Positions 10,158 through 20,692 are shown, numbered from the stretch's first letter. The stretch: DNA of 64,000 bases from Cyanophora paradoxa CCMP329 (GCA_004431415.1 QPMI01000398.1:8431-72430); one strand, 5' to 3'. Translations and numbers: made by a program. The notes: generated by a model from the sequence alone, not told the origin.

Positions 10158-10787
10158 ATGGCAAAAGGGATTCCTAAGAAGGGATATCGTGAAAGACGCA
10201 AGGTTAATGTTGTTGAACCACTCGTTGAAAGTGGGTCGACTGAAGGCGCAGCTGTTGCTAATCCTAGCGGGGAACTAGCTAGTGACCCCAAACTAAATGC
10301 ACCCGTAGCGAAAACAATTGCGTCCGCAGCAGCTAACGCAAGTGCGGTTGACGACCGACAAAGCCAGGCTAAAACTGTAAACGATATGCAGTCTGATATC
10401 GATGATGATGCTGCTCGAATTATCCAAGCAATGGCGTCTGAACCACGTTATTCAGGGCCAAAAATCAAGACAGCAACAGTATCAAAGAGTCAGATCGAGG
10501 AACTAACAGCTAAATTGCGCGACCTGGAGGCTCGATCGGCTAATATCGAGAGCTACGTAAAAGAGAAAAAAGAACGCGCAAAAATTCGGGAGATGCTTCG
10601 TAGCGAGATGTTTAAACATCGACCTATGGATGTACCAGATTTGCGCTATTTGAAAAACGAAAAAGAGAAGGCTTCACAAGCTCTTGATGATGCAGCTGTA
10701 AAACCAGCAACTCCAAATGTTTTCGAACCAAATGCTACTGGGTCGCAACTGAAGAATGCGATGGGAGGGAGAAGGATTAGGTTTTGA
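10158..10787 (+). CDS. Hypothetical viral protein with basic termini and central coiled coil
   Basis: 209-aa ATG ORF directly after the ATPase; EELTAKLRDLEARSANIESYVKE heptads; no family recognised. Confidence 0.65.
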   Translation: MAKGIPKKGYRERRKVNVVEPLVESGSTEGAAVANPSGELASDPKLNAPVAKTIASAAANASAVDDRQSQAKTVNDMQSDIDDDAARIIQAMASEPRYSGPKIKTATVSKSQIEELTAKLRDLEARSANIESYVKEKKERAKIREMLRSEMFKHRPMDVPDLRYLKNEKEKASQALDDAAVKPATPNVFEPNATGSQLKNAMGGRRIRF

Positions 10788-11052
10788 AATCTTCTAATTG
10801 CGAAATCTCAAAGGCCCGCTGCAATTCCCTTTTATCGTACTCACGGAGATGTTCCCAAGATAATAACCATTCGGCATATTTTGGATCGGTTAAAACAACC
10901 TTCAAATGAGTTTCACCGCGGTATTTTCCAAATCGAATTGTTCCTGGCATTTGTTTTATATAAACCGCTGCGATTTAATTTTTCGATTTGAACGCGCCAT
11001 AAACGTTTCTCGAATTTCTTTCCTATATAACATTCACAGCACCACTCATCAA

Positions 11053-11370
11053 ATGGACAGTGCTGAACTAACGACTGCTTCCCGTCCACGAGGCAGGCCT
11101 CGCAAGAATTTTGAGAAGCCTGTGCACATACGTAGTGAGGTTACGCCAGAGATACTTGCAGAGAGACGCAAAAGACGTGCAGATCTGCAGCGAAAGCGAT
11201 ACCATGAAAATCCTGATTACCGGCAGCGGCAGATTGCTGTCTCCCGTCAATATAACCTTGCACACCCTGAACGAAAACTTGACAACGACCGAAAATACCG
11301 AGAGCGAAGGCGCACTGAAATTAGGTCGCTAATTGCGGCGGGCATAGTTTCCAGCGACCTTACTTCCTAA
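11053..11370 (+). CDS. Small basic AT-hook protein (putative DNA-binding)
   Basis: ATG 11053 preceded by TATATAA; RPRGRPRK AT-hook followed by an Arg/Lys-rich helix. Confidence 0.6.
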   Translation: MDSAELTTASRPRGRPRKNFEKPVHIRSEVTPEILAERRKRRADLQRKRYHENPDYRQRQIAVSRQYNLAHPERKLDNDRKYRERRRTEIRSLIAAGIVSSDLTS

Positions 11371-12258
11371 TCGCAGTGAAGGCTCCCCTGCAACCTCTAG
11401 TTTTTTGAGCTCACGAGCTTGCCGACTTTGTCCGCTATACTTTTTCGTTTCAATGAGACCCTCGCGCCGTAGCTGTTGCTCTTGCTTTGCTTTGGCCGCA
11501 GCTCGTTCTATTTTTGACTGATTTGGAAGCTGTCTCGGGGCTCGAATTTCTGAAGGCTTGATTCTACGGCTTAATATCTGTCCCTCTTTGGTTGCGACCC
11601 TTATTCGGTTCCTGTCCTGTCCCACGACTGTGTACGTCTCCTTGCTCGGTTTCGTAGCTCCCTTCGCAAAGATGCTGCTCTTAGGCTCCAGTATCTGCAC
11701 CTCAGTCCCTGGCTTTGGTAGATTCAACGCGTCTCTCTCAATGTCGTTCTGTCGTTGACGCACCTGGTGCAGCTGGGCAGCGATCTGCGGGTGATCTCGC
11801 ATCCAGGCTGGTGAATACTCTCTGCCAAAAGAGCTGTGTTTTGTTTGATTGTATGCCTTGATCAAAGCAGGCAGCCGGGAGAGAAAATTCGGCGACCCTC
11901 GTTCCTCTGTGTCTGCCTGAATCAGGGCTCGCAATGTCCGTGCGAATCGATCGATGATTGCTAGCTTGTCGCCTTTCGATATGTGATCATCCTTAGCGAC
12001 GTCGGTGTGCATCGAAAATGAATTCTCTTCTGCCATTGCCCGCACAGCAGCCGTATTAAAGCCATTGTCGCCAGAAAAACCCCAGATCCCCGGCAGCTGA
12101 GCGATGAATTTCGGAATCTGTTTAGCATCTTCAAGCTTTCTGACAACTGCGAATCGAGTTGCAATCTCAATCGCTGCAAATAGTCGAAAACGTCCAATGA
12201 AAAGTATGTCGACTTGATATGCCCCTGGTGGAGCAGTAATTTTAAATGAGGGCGCCAT
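11329..12258 (-). CDS. Retroviral-type (rve) integrase of Polinton type
   Basis: YQVDILF...IEIATRFAVV, SGDNG, IIDRFARTLR, YNQTKHSS...SP, IFAKG..P..SKETYTV. Confidence 0.85.
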   Translation of the reverse strand: MAPSFKITAPPGAYQVDILFIGRFRLFAAIEIATRFAVVRKLEDAKQIPKFIAQLPGIWGFSGDNGFNTAAVRAMAEENSFSMHTDVAKDDHISKGDKLAIIDRFARTLRALIQADTEERGSPNFLSRLPALIKAYNQTKHSSFGREYSPAWMRDHPQIAAQLHQVRQRQNDIERDALNLPKPGTEVQILEPKSSIFAKGATKPSKETYTVVGQDRNRIRVATKEGQILSRRIKPSEIRAPRQLPNQSKIERAAAKAKQEQQLRREGLIETKKYSGQSRQARELKKLEVAGEPSLRLGSKVAGNYARRN

Positions 12259-15200
12259 TAGTTATTCGAAAGATTTTTATAGTGACCTATCGCCCTGGTG
12301 TGAACACCATCCTCGCACAGGAATCGCTTGGTATCAAGCGGGTGTAGGGCTTGCTTTGATGTCCGCTGTAGCCAGATCCGGTGCTGTTTCGATCTGAAGC
12401 CGAGAATTCCATCTACGTTGCATGATATGCCCCCAAAGATGCAGTCGTAGTATCGCTCTCGTGTCAGCGAGCTGCTGAACGTCTTGTTAACGCCCTTGCA
12501 CTTGTGCACTTGTGATTCCTCTGTGCTCATATAGTACGATTTCGGTCGGTTCGCGATCCACTCAAGCATTTGTCTGCCGCCACACTCGTCCTTGAACAGC
12601 CCGGGAACCTTGCCCATCGATCGTAGTCGCTGCACTTCGTCTTCTGACATCCCTTCAAAGAACGGGTGTCTCGTAGGGTATTCACTAACATCTAGCTCGT
12701 TTTTGATTTTGCGAAGGTCCTCGTATAAATTTTCGGTCTCAATCTCAATTATGAGACTGTCTGTATCTGTACCAAGAAGCTTTACTCGCTCGCCCCAAAG
12801 CGCTTTCAGCACCTGGTAGTAAAACCGATACATATGTAGCTTTGATAGATCAAGGATTGTGAACCCACAGTAGATCGGTTTGTTGAGTTTGTATTCGCTC
12901 TTTCGCTTATTTACATACACCAAGTTTTCGTCATATATAGCGACCTGTCTCAAGCGGTTCGGCTCTGTGTTGATTTTCGCTAGTCGTTCTCCTGTTGTCA
13001 CAAGCTCTGAATTGCAATGCTTGCGTACGTTTTCCATCGTTTTCCCAAACACCGCATTATTTAGTAGCTTATAAAGATCTTTTTCATACGGGAATTCTGC
13101 CTGTTTTCGCTTCAGAGTGTTCAAATCGATATAGCTCTCTAGCCATGCACTTTGCTCGAACGAAAGCACTCTGTGTATTCTAGAAACAACCATTCCCATC
13201 GACACATAAAACTGTAGCACTCGTGCATCAACAACATAGTTCTTCTTTGGCAACAGGTTTGGAACCAGCTTTGGCGTTCTCTCGATCCCGCTTAGTTTTT
13301 CACGCTCAATAGTTTCTCGCTGCGCCTCTGATAGGTGCTCTTTTGCAATGCACATTCGCTCGGGAGCTAGTGGATAATCACTAAAATAATCATGCAGCTC
13401 TTCTGGACAATGCATGTCAACCTCCAGAGAAAAACCCCTTGAACCATGAACATCAAGGTCTGTTATATACAGTTTAGGATCTGTAATACCTCTGACGTCC
13501 TCCCATTTGAAGTCCCCTGTCGGTAGTTTTTGTTTCATAGAAAACCCATAAAGGTTGTTCGCATCGAGGTACAGTAACCAGCCCTGCTTTTTTCTGTGAC
13601 CCACGATGTACTTATCAATCCAGGCATTATTAGCTCGAGCATATCTTTTTGATATCATAGAGATTCCTCCCGGATCCCTTTCTCAATAAAGCGGTGCATA
13701 TCTTCTTGTCCTTCGTAAAATAGCTCCAGTTGCTGACCAGTGTGCTTCAAAGCCGCCTGCCACGAGAAACCTGGAATGCTCATAAAGTAGCTTGGGTCCA
13801 GCTTGTACGTCTCCATACACGTGTCACGGTAGTTTTCAAATATGTCTCCTAGAAGAGCTATGTCTGTCTTCATGTACTCCAATGTATAGTCAGCCATTGT
13901 CCTGCAACCAAGCTCACGCCAGACCGATTGAGCGTGGGCATAATCATCCCGAGAGCACTTCGACTGCTTTAGCTCGTTGTAAAATTGGCGGCGCCCTGGT
14001 AGTGATGTCTCTGCAAGACGATCCCAGCCAGTAATGTACTTGTATGGATAGACACCCTTGCGCGTCATTAGTTTGAACCGTGTCTCGCTCTCATGTAGTG
14101 CACGTGTGATATTCTTTTTCACATCAGGTACTGCAGCCGCAAGGCTATCGAGACTACCCTGCAGGTGCTGAGCAGAGTCACGGAAAACGTAAATGCCGTA
14201 TGTGAACTGTGACATACGCTCGCTGTTCTGAAACACCTGGTCAAACTTCGTCGACAGTAACTCACGAGGACGTAGTTTGCGCTCAAGCCGCTTCCTTGCA
14301 TTTTTCTCATGATCTGCGCTCAGCTCACGCCCTGCGTATTTGGCTTGAAACTGGCGCTCAACCTCAGCTCTGAATGCATTTTCTGCGACTTTCCGCCGGT
14401 TGTAGCCTGCTGCCAAAGCCCTCACTAATAGGTGAAAGTCAAATCCTCGGCCATTGTGAAAGAATATTGGGACGGCGGCAGCTTTTGCTCGTCGCCTGTT
14501 GCAGGCATTGCAGGCCGCTCCAAGATACTGCCCGGAGTCGTGGCAGTGATCTCGATTTTTATCTTTGACTTCTTTGAACTCGCTTCCACACATATAGCAC
14601 GTTTCTGCTGCTTGAAAGGAGCGCTCTTGTTCCTGCGTAATCTGCATCGTCGCTTTCTCCTCCAAGATTCCCTTAAACTGCGGCTCTTTTTCATCTAGCC
14701 AAGTAACAAATGCCTCTGCTGACTCCTCAGTTTGCGAGCCCATATGCGAGAACCAAAACTGCTCCTGTTGCCTCGTCTCTGAATTTTCAATGCTTTCTAC
14801 AGTTTCATTCGTTCCTTGATTTTGTCCCTTGTTTAGGATAACTAAGCATCCGATCGAAGATATTGCGTGAACGCCTAGCTGCTTCGTCTTTGCTGGACTC
14901 TCGGTCTGCAAAACAGGTAGAGTCATTGTTTCCGAGTCAGCATATCCAACAAGCCTTTGCCGAATCGTCTTCTCGAAGCTGTTGAATTTTATAAAGTGCT
15001 CGCCCTTTTTCGGAAGCACGTCCCTGGCGTGCTCATCTCGATCAAGGCACCGGTCGTATTTAAGATGATTCTGAAAGGCCTCGTCTGAGCCAAAGCCGCA
15101 CTGGCAGGCCAAGCAATAGTGCTTCGCATTCGACCCATGCTTTCCAAACAGTCGCGATATGTTCTTTATCCACAAATAATGTCCCACATCATTCCCGTCG

Positions 15201-16300
15201 CCTGCTGGCACGTACAGTATCGGTATAGCATCCGTTGCTGCGCTAATGTGGATCGGAACGATGTCTTGCTTGTCTAGCGCAGTCGTGTAGACGCAGAGCT
15301 TAACATTATTCGCACACTCAAATTTGCTGAACATTTTCGAATCGAGTGGCGTCGGATACGTGAGCATTGTACAATCTAGCGATGCCTCATGCTGCCGATA
15401 GCTTCCTGCATGCCTCGAATCCACCCCTGGGGCCAGCGGATTGCGCGCTGCGAGGACAGCATATTTAAAGCACTCGTTGTTTGGTGCATTGATATTGATC
15501 AAGGCCTGCTTGAGTGCAAGCCAGCTCGGAAGTACAAACCCGCGTCCGCGGCCGCCCATACGTCTGAAGTATCTAATCACGGTAAAGCGTAGCTTAATCC
15601 ACGTCTCGAAGGCGGAAGAATCACGGCTCTTTTCCTGCGCAATAGTATCTAGCTCTTCCAGCTGTGAGCGGATCGTCTCAACAACGTCTGAGCCTGGGAG
15701 TATGCGGTAAAATTTCCTGTGCTCAATCACTACTGCAAGCGCTGAGTCTTCGTTAGGCTTGCGATAGAGTCCGACTCCTGAGACCTGCAAAGCTATGCCC
15801 ATTCGATCCTGACTTGCTAATTCTTGCTGCACGCTCGCAAACGCCACTGCGCCTGCTCTGAACCTCGCATTATTTTCGAGCTGCGCCTGCATCGACGTGA
15901 CTCGGCCTGTTCCACGTGAGGGCCGGTACTCCCAGTCAGCGTATGTCCCGTTCAGCGCTGTTCGTGTCGTCACTGTGCCGTCCTCCTCTGCAATTTCAGT
16001 TTCGCTGAACTCGCTCACGCTCGGATCGGGCAGCTCTGAAAATCCTGCTACAATCCCCTCAGCAATAGCAAGCTCTAGCCGTGCAGCTGCAACTGGTCTC
16101 GGCGGCCTCGGTACTGTTGACAGCTCGTTCAAAAGTGATGCGTATTTTTGTAGTGTCGGCAGTCGCGTGCGTGAGCCACTCGCACTGATGCGCTGCAGTT
16201 TGTTTCTGAATTGCCCATGAATAAACCTGCGATTGTACAAAACCTCGGCCTGGCCTGCTATCTGCTCTTTGAGCCGCGCGATCTCAAACCGTCGCTCCAT
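12258..16300 (-). CDS. polB: Protein-primed family B DNA polymerase (one -1 frameshift at 13669-13671; ~1347 aa repaired)
   Basis: ExoI YADSET, ExoII FHNGRGFD, ExoIII YMKTD; polymerase motifs YLDANNLYG, KLLNNAVFGK and GTDTDS; endonuclease-VII-like insert CYMC...RDHCHDSGQYLGAACNACN; C2H2 finger. Adding one G restores GIRGGISMISKRY. Confidence 0.95.
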
Positions 16301-16904
16301 TTAACAATAGCACTCCAAAAGATTTTCAGAGAAAGCGCGCAACCAACCGCTCGTTCCTATAGGGCGGTGCGATTCCTTTATAACATGTCACTGAGGCACA
16401 TTGTGTGGTAGATCGCAGCTGGTGCTGCTTGGAAAACTGATAGCTGAGTTGGCGCTCTTGCCGCAGCGATGTAAAAGCATACGCAAATGCATTTAAATTC
16501 GAATTCTAGTAGCGCTTATAACACTACAGTAAGCAGTCTTAGAAGGCATGACGTTTTGACCCCGTAAACCACGGTTCCTCGCGACTGAGATCGAATTGGA
16601 CCAAGCCGCTAAGTATGCTACAGTTTTATGATCTATAAGTACGAAATCCGCAGCGATCGTGTTCAGGCGCAGCAGCGTTGCTGAGATTCTTAATCGTCGG
16701 GTTTGACGACTAAAATGTATGGCGGCTTGACCTCATCACAGAAGCGCACAGGGCGCCGGCCAAAGCGTAAGCATGCTTAGTATGATGCGAAAGAACGATA
16801 AAACAAGCCTCCAGCGCTGGGCGCCGCAGCAGTTCCGAGCTTTTGAACGTTTTGCCCCGAGACGTTCACCCTAGCCGGCGTGAGCTTGACGGCTTGGTCT
16901 CCGG

Positions 16905-16965
16905 CTCGGTCTCCGGGATCCGGCTTGGATCCGACTCGGTCTCCGGGATCCGGCTTGGATCCGGC
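16905..16965. repeat. 30-bp tandem duplication near provirus edge
   Basis: ctcggtctccgggatccggcttggatccg twice in tandem. Confidence 0.8.
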
Positions 16966-17001
16966 TTGAGCTTGGCGGACGTGACGCGCGCCGAAAGGAC
17001 G

Positions 17002-17063
17002 AGTCTGGAAGCTTCCCGGACGTGACGGCCTGGAAGTTTAGGAAGCTTCTCCGTTCTATAAAG
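17002..17063 (+). promoter_or_regulatory. Heat-shock-element-like array plus TATA box
   Basis: aGTCt-gGAAg-cTTCc-cGGAc (17002-17021), a second GAAgcTTC at ~17042 and TATAAAG at 17057-17063. Confidence 0.5.
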
Positions 17064-17115
17064 TGTGTCTCGCGCCGGCCCCGCGCATTCGAAATCTCAC
17101 TCTCTCAACACCACG

Positions 17116-17954
17116 CTGGATCCTAAGCAGCCGCGACAGTTCAAGACTCCCGAGAGGAAGCTAGAACAGAATCGGCGCTACAAGAAGTCGGAGTTGGGCA
17201 AAGCTGCGAGACAGCGGGAGAACGCGAAGCACAGGGCTAGAACCGCTGCCGCAAAAGCGATAGCTATGTCGTTGCGTACAGATCTAGAGAAGAGCTTGCT
17301 TGCAGAGGCGACCTACGAGCACGGACGCATGGCGACGGACGCGCAGGATCCGGACGCGCCTTCAGCCCTCGGGAAGCGGGCGCGCGAGGCGGACAATGTC
17401 GATGCTCTCCGCAAGGAGCTCGCGGATATCAAAGCAAAGCTCGCTAAACAGGAGCAGCGCAATGATTGTGACCGCATTGATGCTGAAATAAGGCAGGCGA
17501 TTGCAGCTGCTCGTGATGGCTTCAACTCGCAGCACCTAGACTTTCTCTTCAACCTACGCCGTAATTTGATGGTACGCCACCGACCGCCTGGCAGTTTAAC
17601 GCTATCAAATGCCAGCGACACCGCCAGGCAACACGCGAGTCCGCGGGGTTCGCGACGAACGCGAAGATCTGGACCATGTACAACAAACACTGGACAGAGC
17701 TCCTTAAGCTCGTGCGTACCACTTGTTACATGGCTTTCAGTTATGTTCAGCGGTCCATAACCTGCGCAGCATCGACTCTACGAGGAAGCCGACACGGATC
17801 CGAAGGCCAATGCGGAGGCCGAGGCGGAGGCAGAGGCCGAGGCAGAGGCCGAGGCGGAGGCCGAGGCAGAGGCCGAGGCGGAGGCCGAGGCAGAGGCCGA
17901 GGCGGAGGCCGAGGCGGAGGCCGAGGCGGAGGCCGAAATGGAGGCCGATACGTA
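17116..17954 (+). CDS. Probable spliced gene: basic/coiled-coil protein ending in an (AE)n tract
   Basis: Open frame from CTG 17116 (first ATG 17266). Two plausible GT-AG introns (~17572-17635, ~17712-17769) give ...HRLYEEADTDPKAN(AE)n...MEADT*. Structure inferred by eye. Confidence 0.4.
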
Positions 17955-18120
17955 GATCTAGACCGACGCATCTCCCGAGGCCGCACCAGACCGCTCTGGG
18001 GGCCCGTACCGCTTGGGAGGTCGCCCCTGGTCGCAGACAAGCAGCGACGCTGCGCCAAGCGCCTAGATAGAGCTCGCCCGCGCTGTGCCTCACGTTCCCT
18101 CCAGACTGTAAACACGCCCA

Positions 18121-18236
18121 GCTAGTGCTGAACCCGTTTCCTCAGTTAGCTTCGCTGTACACATCATTATCGCATAGCTAGCGCTGAACGTGTTTCCTCA
18201 GTTAGCTTCTCTGTACACATTAATATCGTCTAGCCT
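18121..18236. repeat. ~58-bp imperfect tandem repeat x2
   Basis: gctgaac..gtttcctcagttagcttc.ctgtacacat occurs twice. Confidence 0.8.
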
Positions 18237-18508
18237 ATTCTGCCCCGTTGCTCTGCAGACCGCGCTCAAGGGGGGCCGCGCTCCTCTTCGTCTCTTCTAC
18301 TTGATAGCACTGTCTTGAATAGACATGAGCTATTGCTAGGCTTTGACCTAGGGAAAAGGCCGGCAGACGTAACAAGAGAGCGGGGTAGACGTAACGAGAG
18401 AGCGGGGTTGAAGGGAGAGTGGGGTGGACGCTAGGGCTGGTGCAGTAAGCGAGGGGGTGAGGGGATGGGGGTGGTGGAGAGGGGTGGGCCACCGCGGTGG
18501 GCTCTCTC

Positions 18509-20692
18509 TCATTTTTTGCCGCGACCGCCGCTGGGGCCGCCGCGACCACCTCCTGGAGCGCCGCCGCCTCGTCCGAAGCCGCCGCGTCCGCCCCCGCCGC
18601 GGCCTCCTGGTCCGCCGCCGTTGGGGTTAGGGCAGTCTCGCATGATGTGGCCCTCCTGTCCGCAGCGAAGACACTTGTTGGCCCACTCGCAGTGTGCCGC
18701 CAAGTGTCCGAAGACCCCGCAAAGGTAGCAGGTTCGGGGCTGTTGAGTCCGTAGCGCGGCGGTCGGGACGCCCGTCGACGTCGGGGTGGAATTCGAAGGG
18801 GTCAAGCCGAGGCGTGCGTGGAGCTGAGCAACGACTGGGTCGGAGGTGGGCAGGTTGCACAGCTCTGACCGGTACCAGTGGGTTGTGCAGAGGAGGTAGT
18901 CGTCGCCAAAGTGCCAGCAGGCATCCTCCGGGAGGCCAGCCTTCACACAGCGTCCGCAGAGCCAACGTGTACCGTTAGGTCGGATGGGCTTGTCGGGGCG
19001 TAGAATGTTGAGGCCAGCGAGGAGATCCGTCTTCGTCTGCAGGCGAGGCAGGTTGAAGTTATGGTCGGAGGGCCGCGTCTGGGGTCGGGTCGAGTTCGCG
19101 CTCGAGCCGGCGGGTGGCGGGGCCGTTGCCTGGTAGAGAGGGGCGGTCTGCGGGGCTGTCGCATTCTGGTAGACGTAAGCGATGTCGGCGTAATTGAACG
19201 GGTACTCGGTCTCGTCGTCGTCACCGTAAGCCGTCATGTCCGTCGTAGAGGACTCCGATTCCGTGCCCTGCGATTCATGGAGAAGGCGGGCCATCGAGAT
19301 CTGGCCGAGCTGGAACTGAAGTACACGGTCCGAGGCAGCGTTTGCACGGAACATGTTGTCGTACTGTCCGCCGCAGCAGCCAGGGTGGTGCCGGTGCGTC
19401 GACGTCGACGATTGTGAGAGGCGGGACTGGGAGGAGAGCTTGGTGTGCTCGTGCTCGACGTCTTCTTCCTCGTCATGGTCATGAGCGCGCTGGTCGTGCG
19501 TGCGCGCGGCACGGGCGGCCAGCTGCTCGTCGGAGACAGAGGTCGAGGAGTCGAACGTTTCGCACGTGCGCGCGGCACGGGCGGTCGTCTTCTCGGCGGA
19601 GCGGGAAGAGAAGGAGGCTGAGGCGCGCGGGGGAACGGTCGCAGAGCGCCGTGAAACGTCTTTCCACGGGTAGCGACGAAGGTTCCATGGGATGTCGAGT
19701 AGAAAATTCTCCATCGCCTCGTTGCACACCTTGTGGTTATCGAGCTTGTCGTCCGGAGGCTGGTACCTCATCGCCGTGTCCTTGAGCGCCGTGAGCGCCT
19801 TGCGGGCGTGTTTGTAGTTGTCCCGCTTGGACTGCTGATAGTCGCCGGTGGGGTAGTGGCCGCTGTCCAGCTCCTTGGCCTCGATCATCTGTTTGATGAG
19901 TTCGTACACTTCCATCGGGGTAGGATGGCCTTCCAGCAAGCAGATTGTGCCCGCTCCGACGTAACGAAGTACCTTGGACACCATGCTGACCATTGTCGGA
20001 AGCGGGTGACCATTGTAGGGCTGAGCGAGGGCATTCTGCGTGCGCATGCGCTCCTGTCGTGTAATGTTGATGGCCATCCAGCGTACGAGTGACGGGAATC
20101 CTCGGATGCAGTGGTTGCTCTCAATCCGAGCATTGGTCTCCTGTATTTCTTTCTGAAGCTGGTCGCGTCGCGTCTTGAGGGTGTTGCGATGTTCCCGCGT
20201 CTCCTCCGACCGATTCTCCATCTTCCGTCCCTTCTCCTTGATATGTTCAGTGAGCGCTTCGCTTGCCTCGCGAAGCTCCTCCTTGAGCTTGGCGAGCTTG
20301 CGAATGTGCGCGTGCGTGAACTCGATCATGTCATGGGTTGAGGTCTGGTACTGTAATGGGATCGCCTTGGTCGCCATGGTCGCCGCCGCGAATGCGAGTT
20401 TCGAGCCGTCGTCCGCGTCAGAGTAGCGCTTCGTGTCCGAGTCGATTGCGCGTTTGGCGTCGTCTCGCCAGGCGACGACACCTTGCGGTGTGAGCGGGTT
20501 GCCCGGACTGGTGATGTAGATGCCTCCGCCGCAGTCGATGAGGGTGGGCGCCTCCGTATGGGAGAGCGAGTTGAGGGCGTCGCGTTCTGCCGAAGCGTTG
20601 GCGTTGACCGCCGCGACGTCCGTGAGCTCGTGGAGGATGGAGTTGGTGGCCGCGCGCCGGCGTGGCGCGTCGCCGAAGTTCGTGGGATCCAT
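18509..20692 (-). CDS. Gag/ORF1-like protein with two CCHC zinc knuckles and RGG tail
   Basis: Intron-less ORF (likely ATG 20692, MDPTNFGD); CYLCGVFGHLAAHC and CLRCGQEGHIMRDC; N-terminal coiled coil; C-terminal GGRGG repeats. Confidence 0.75.
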   Translation of the reverse strand: MDPTNFGDAPRRRAATNSILHELTDVAAVNANASAERDALNSLSHTEAPTLIDCGGGIYITSPGNPLTPQGVVAWRDDAKRAIDSDTKRYSDADDGSKLAFAAATMATKAIPLQYQTSTHDMIEFTHAHIRKLAKLKEELREASEALTEHIKEKGRKMENRSEETREHRNTLKTRRDQLQKEIQETNARIESNHCIRGFPSLVRWMAINITRQERMRTQNALAQPYNGHPLPTMVSMVSKVLRYVGAGTICLLEGHPTPMEVYELIKQMIEAKELDSGHYPTGDYQQSKRDNYKHARKALTALKDTAMRYQPPDDKLDNHKVCNEAMENFLLDIPWNLRRYPWKDVSRRSATVPPRASASFSSRSAEKTTARAARTCETFDSSTSVSDEQLAARAARTHDQRAHDHDEEEDVEHEHTKLSSQSRLSQSSTSTHRHHPGCCGGQYDNMFRANAASDRVLQFQLGQISMARLLHESQGTESESSTTDMTAYGDDDETEYPFNYADIAYVYQNATAPQTAPLYQATAPPPAGSSANSTRPQTRPSDHNFNLPRLQTKTDLLAGLNILRPDKPIRPNGTRWLCGRCVKAGLPEDACWHFGDDYLLCTTHWYRSELCNLPTSDPVVAQLHARLGLTPSNSTPTSTGVPTAALRTQQPRTCYLCGVFGHLAAHCEWANKCLRCGQEGHIMRDCPNPNGGGPGGRGGGGRGGFGRGGGAPGGGRGGPSGGRGKK

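Larger units (their letters stand above)
1..16840. mobile_element. Endogenous Polinton/Maverick-like virus (left end outside window; right boundary approximate)
   Basis: Dense, intron-less, AT-richer block encoding pPolB, rve integrase, A32-like ATPase, DJR MCP and two pentons. Composition shifts to GC-rich, intron-containing DNA at ~16.8-17 kb. Terminal inverted repeat and TSD cannot be verified because the other end is missing. Confidence 0.92.

Noticed and set aside
13655-13680. Programmed ribosomal frameshift in pPolB (also MCP and patatin)
   Set aside because: No X XXY YYZ slippery heptamer at the sites, breaks fall within conserved motifs, and the same deletion bias affects host genes.
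1-16840. Bacterial prophage or contaminant
   Set aside because: pPolB, rve integrase, A32 ATPase and penton motifs are of eukaryotic Polinton/PLV type, and the flank is intron-containing eukaryotic DNA.
16320-16850. Defined terminal inverted repeat or canonical AGTAGT Polinton end
   Set aside because: No clear terminal motif, and the partner end lies outside the window.
17676-18125. RGG- or RP-rich ORFs across the gaggcc/gaggcg microsatellite
   Set aside because: Alternative frames of a hexamer repeat; the (AE)n frame fits the upstream gene better.
18121-18236. Hammerhead ribozyme (CUGAGGA on the minus strand)
   Set aside because: No GAAA after a stem II and no compatible stems I/III.
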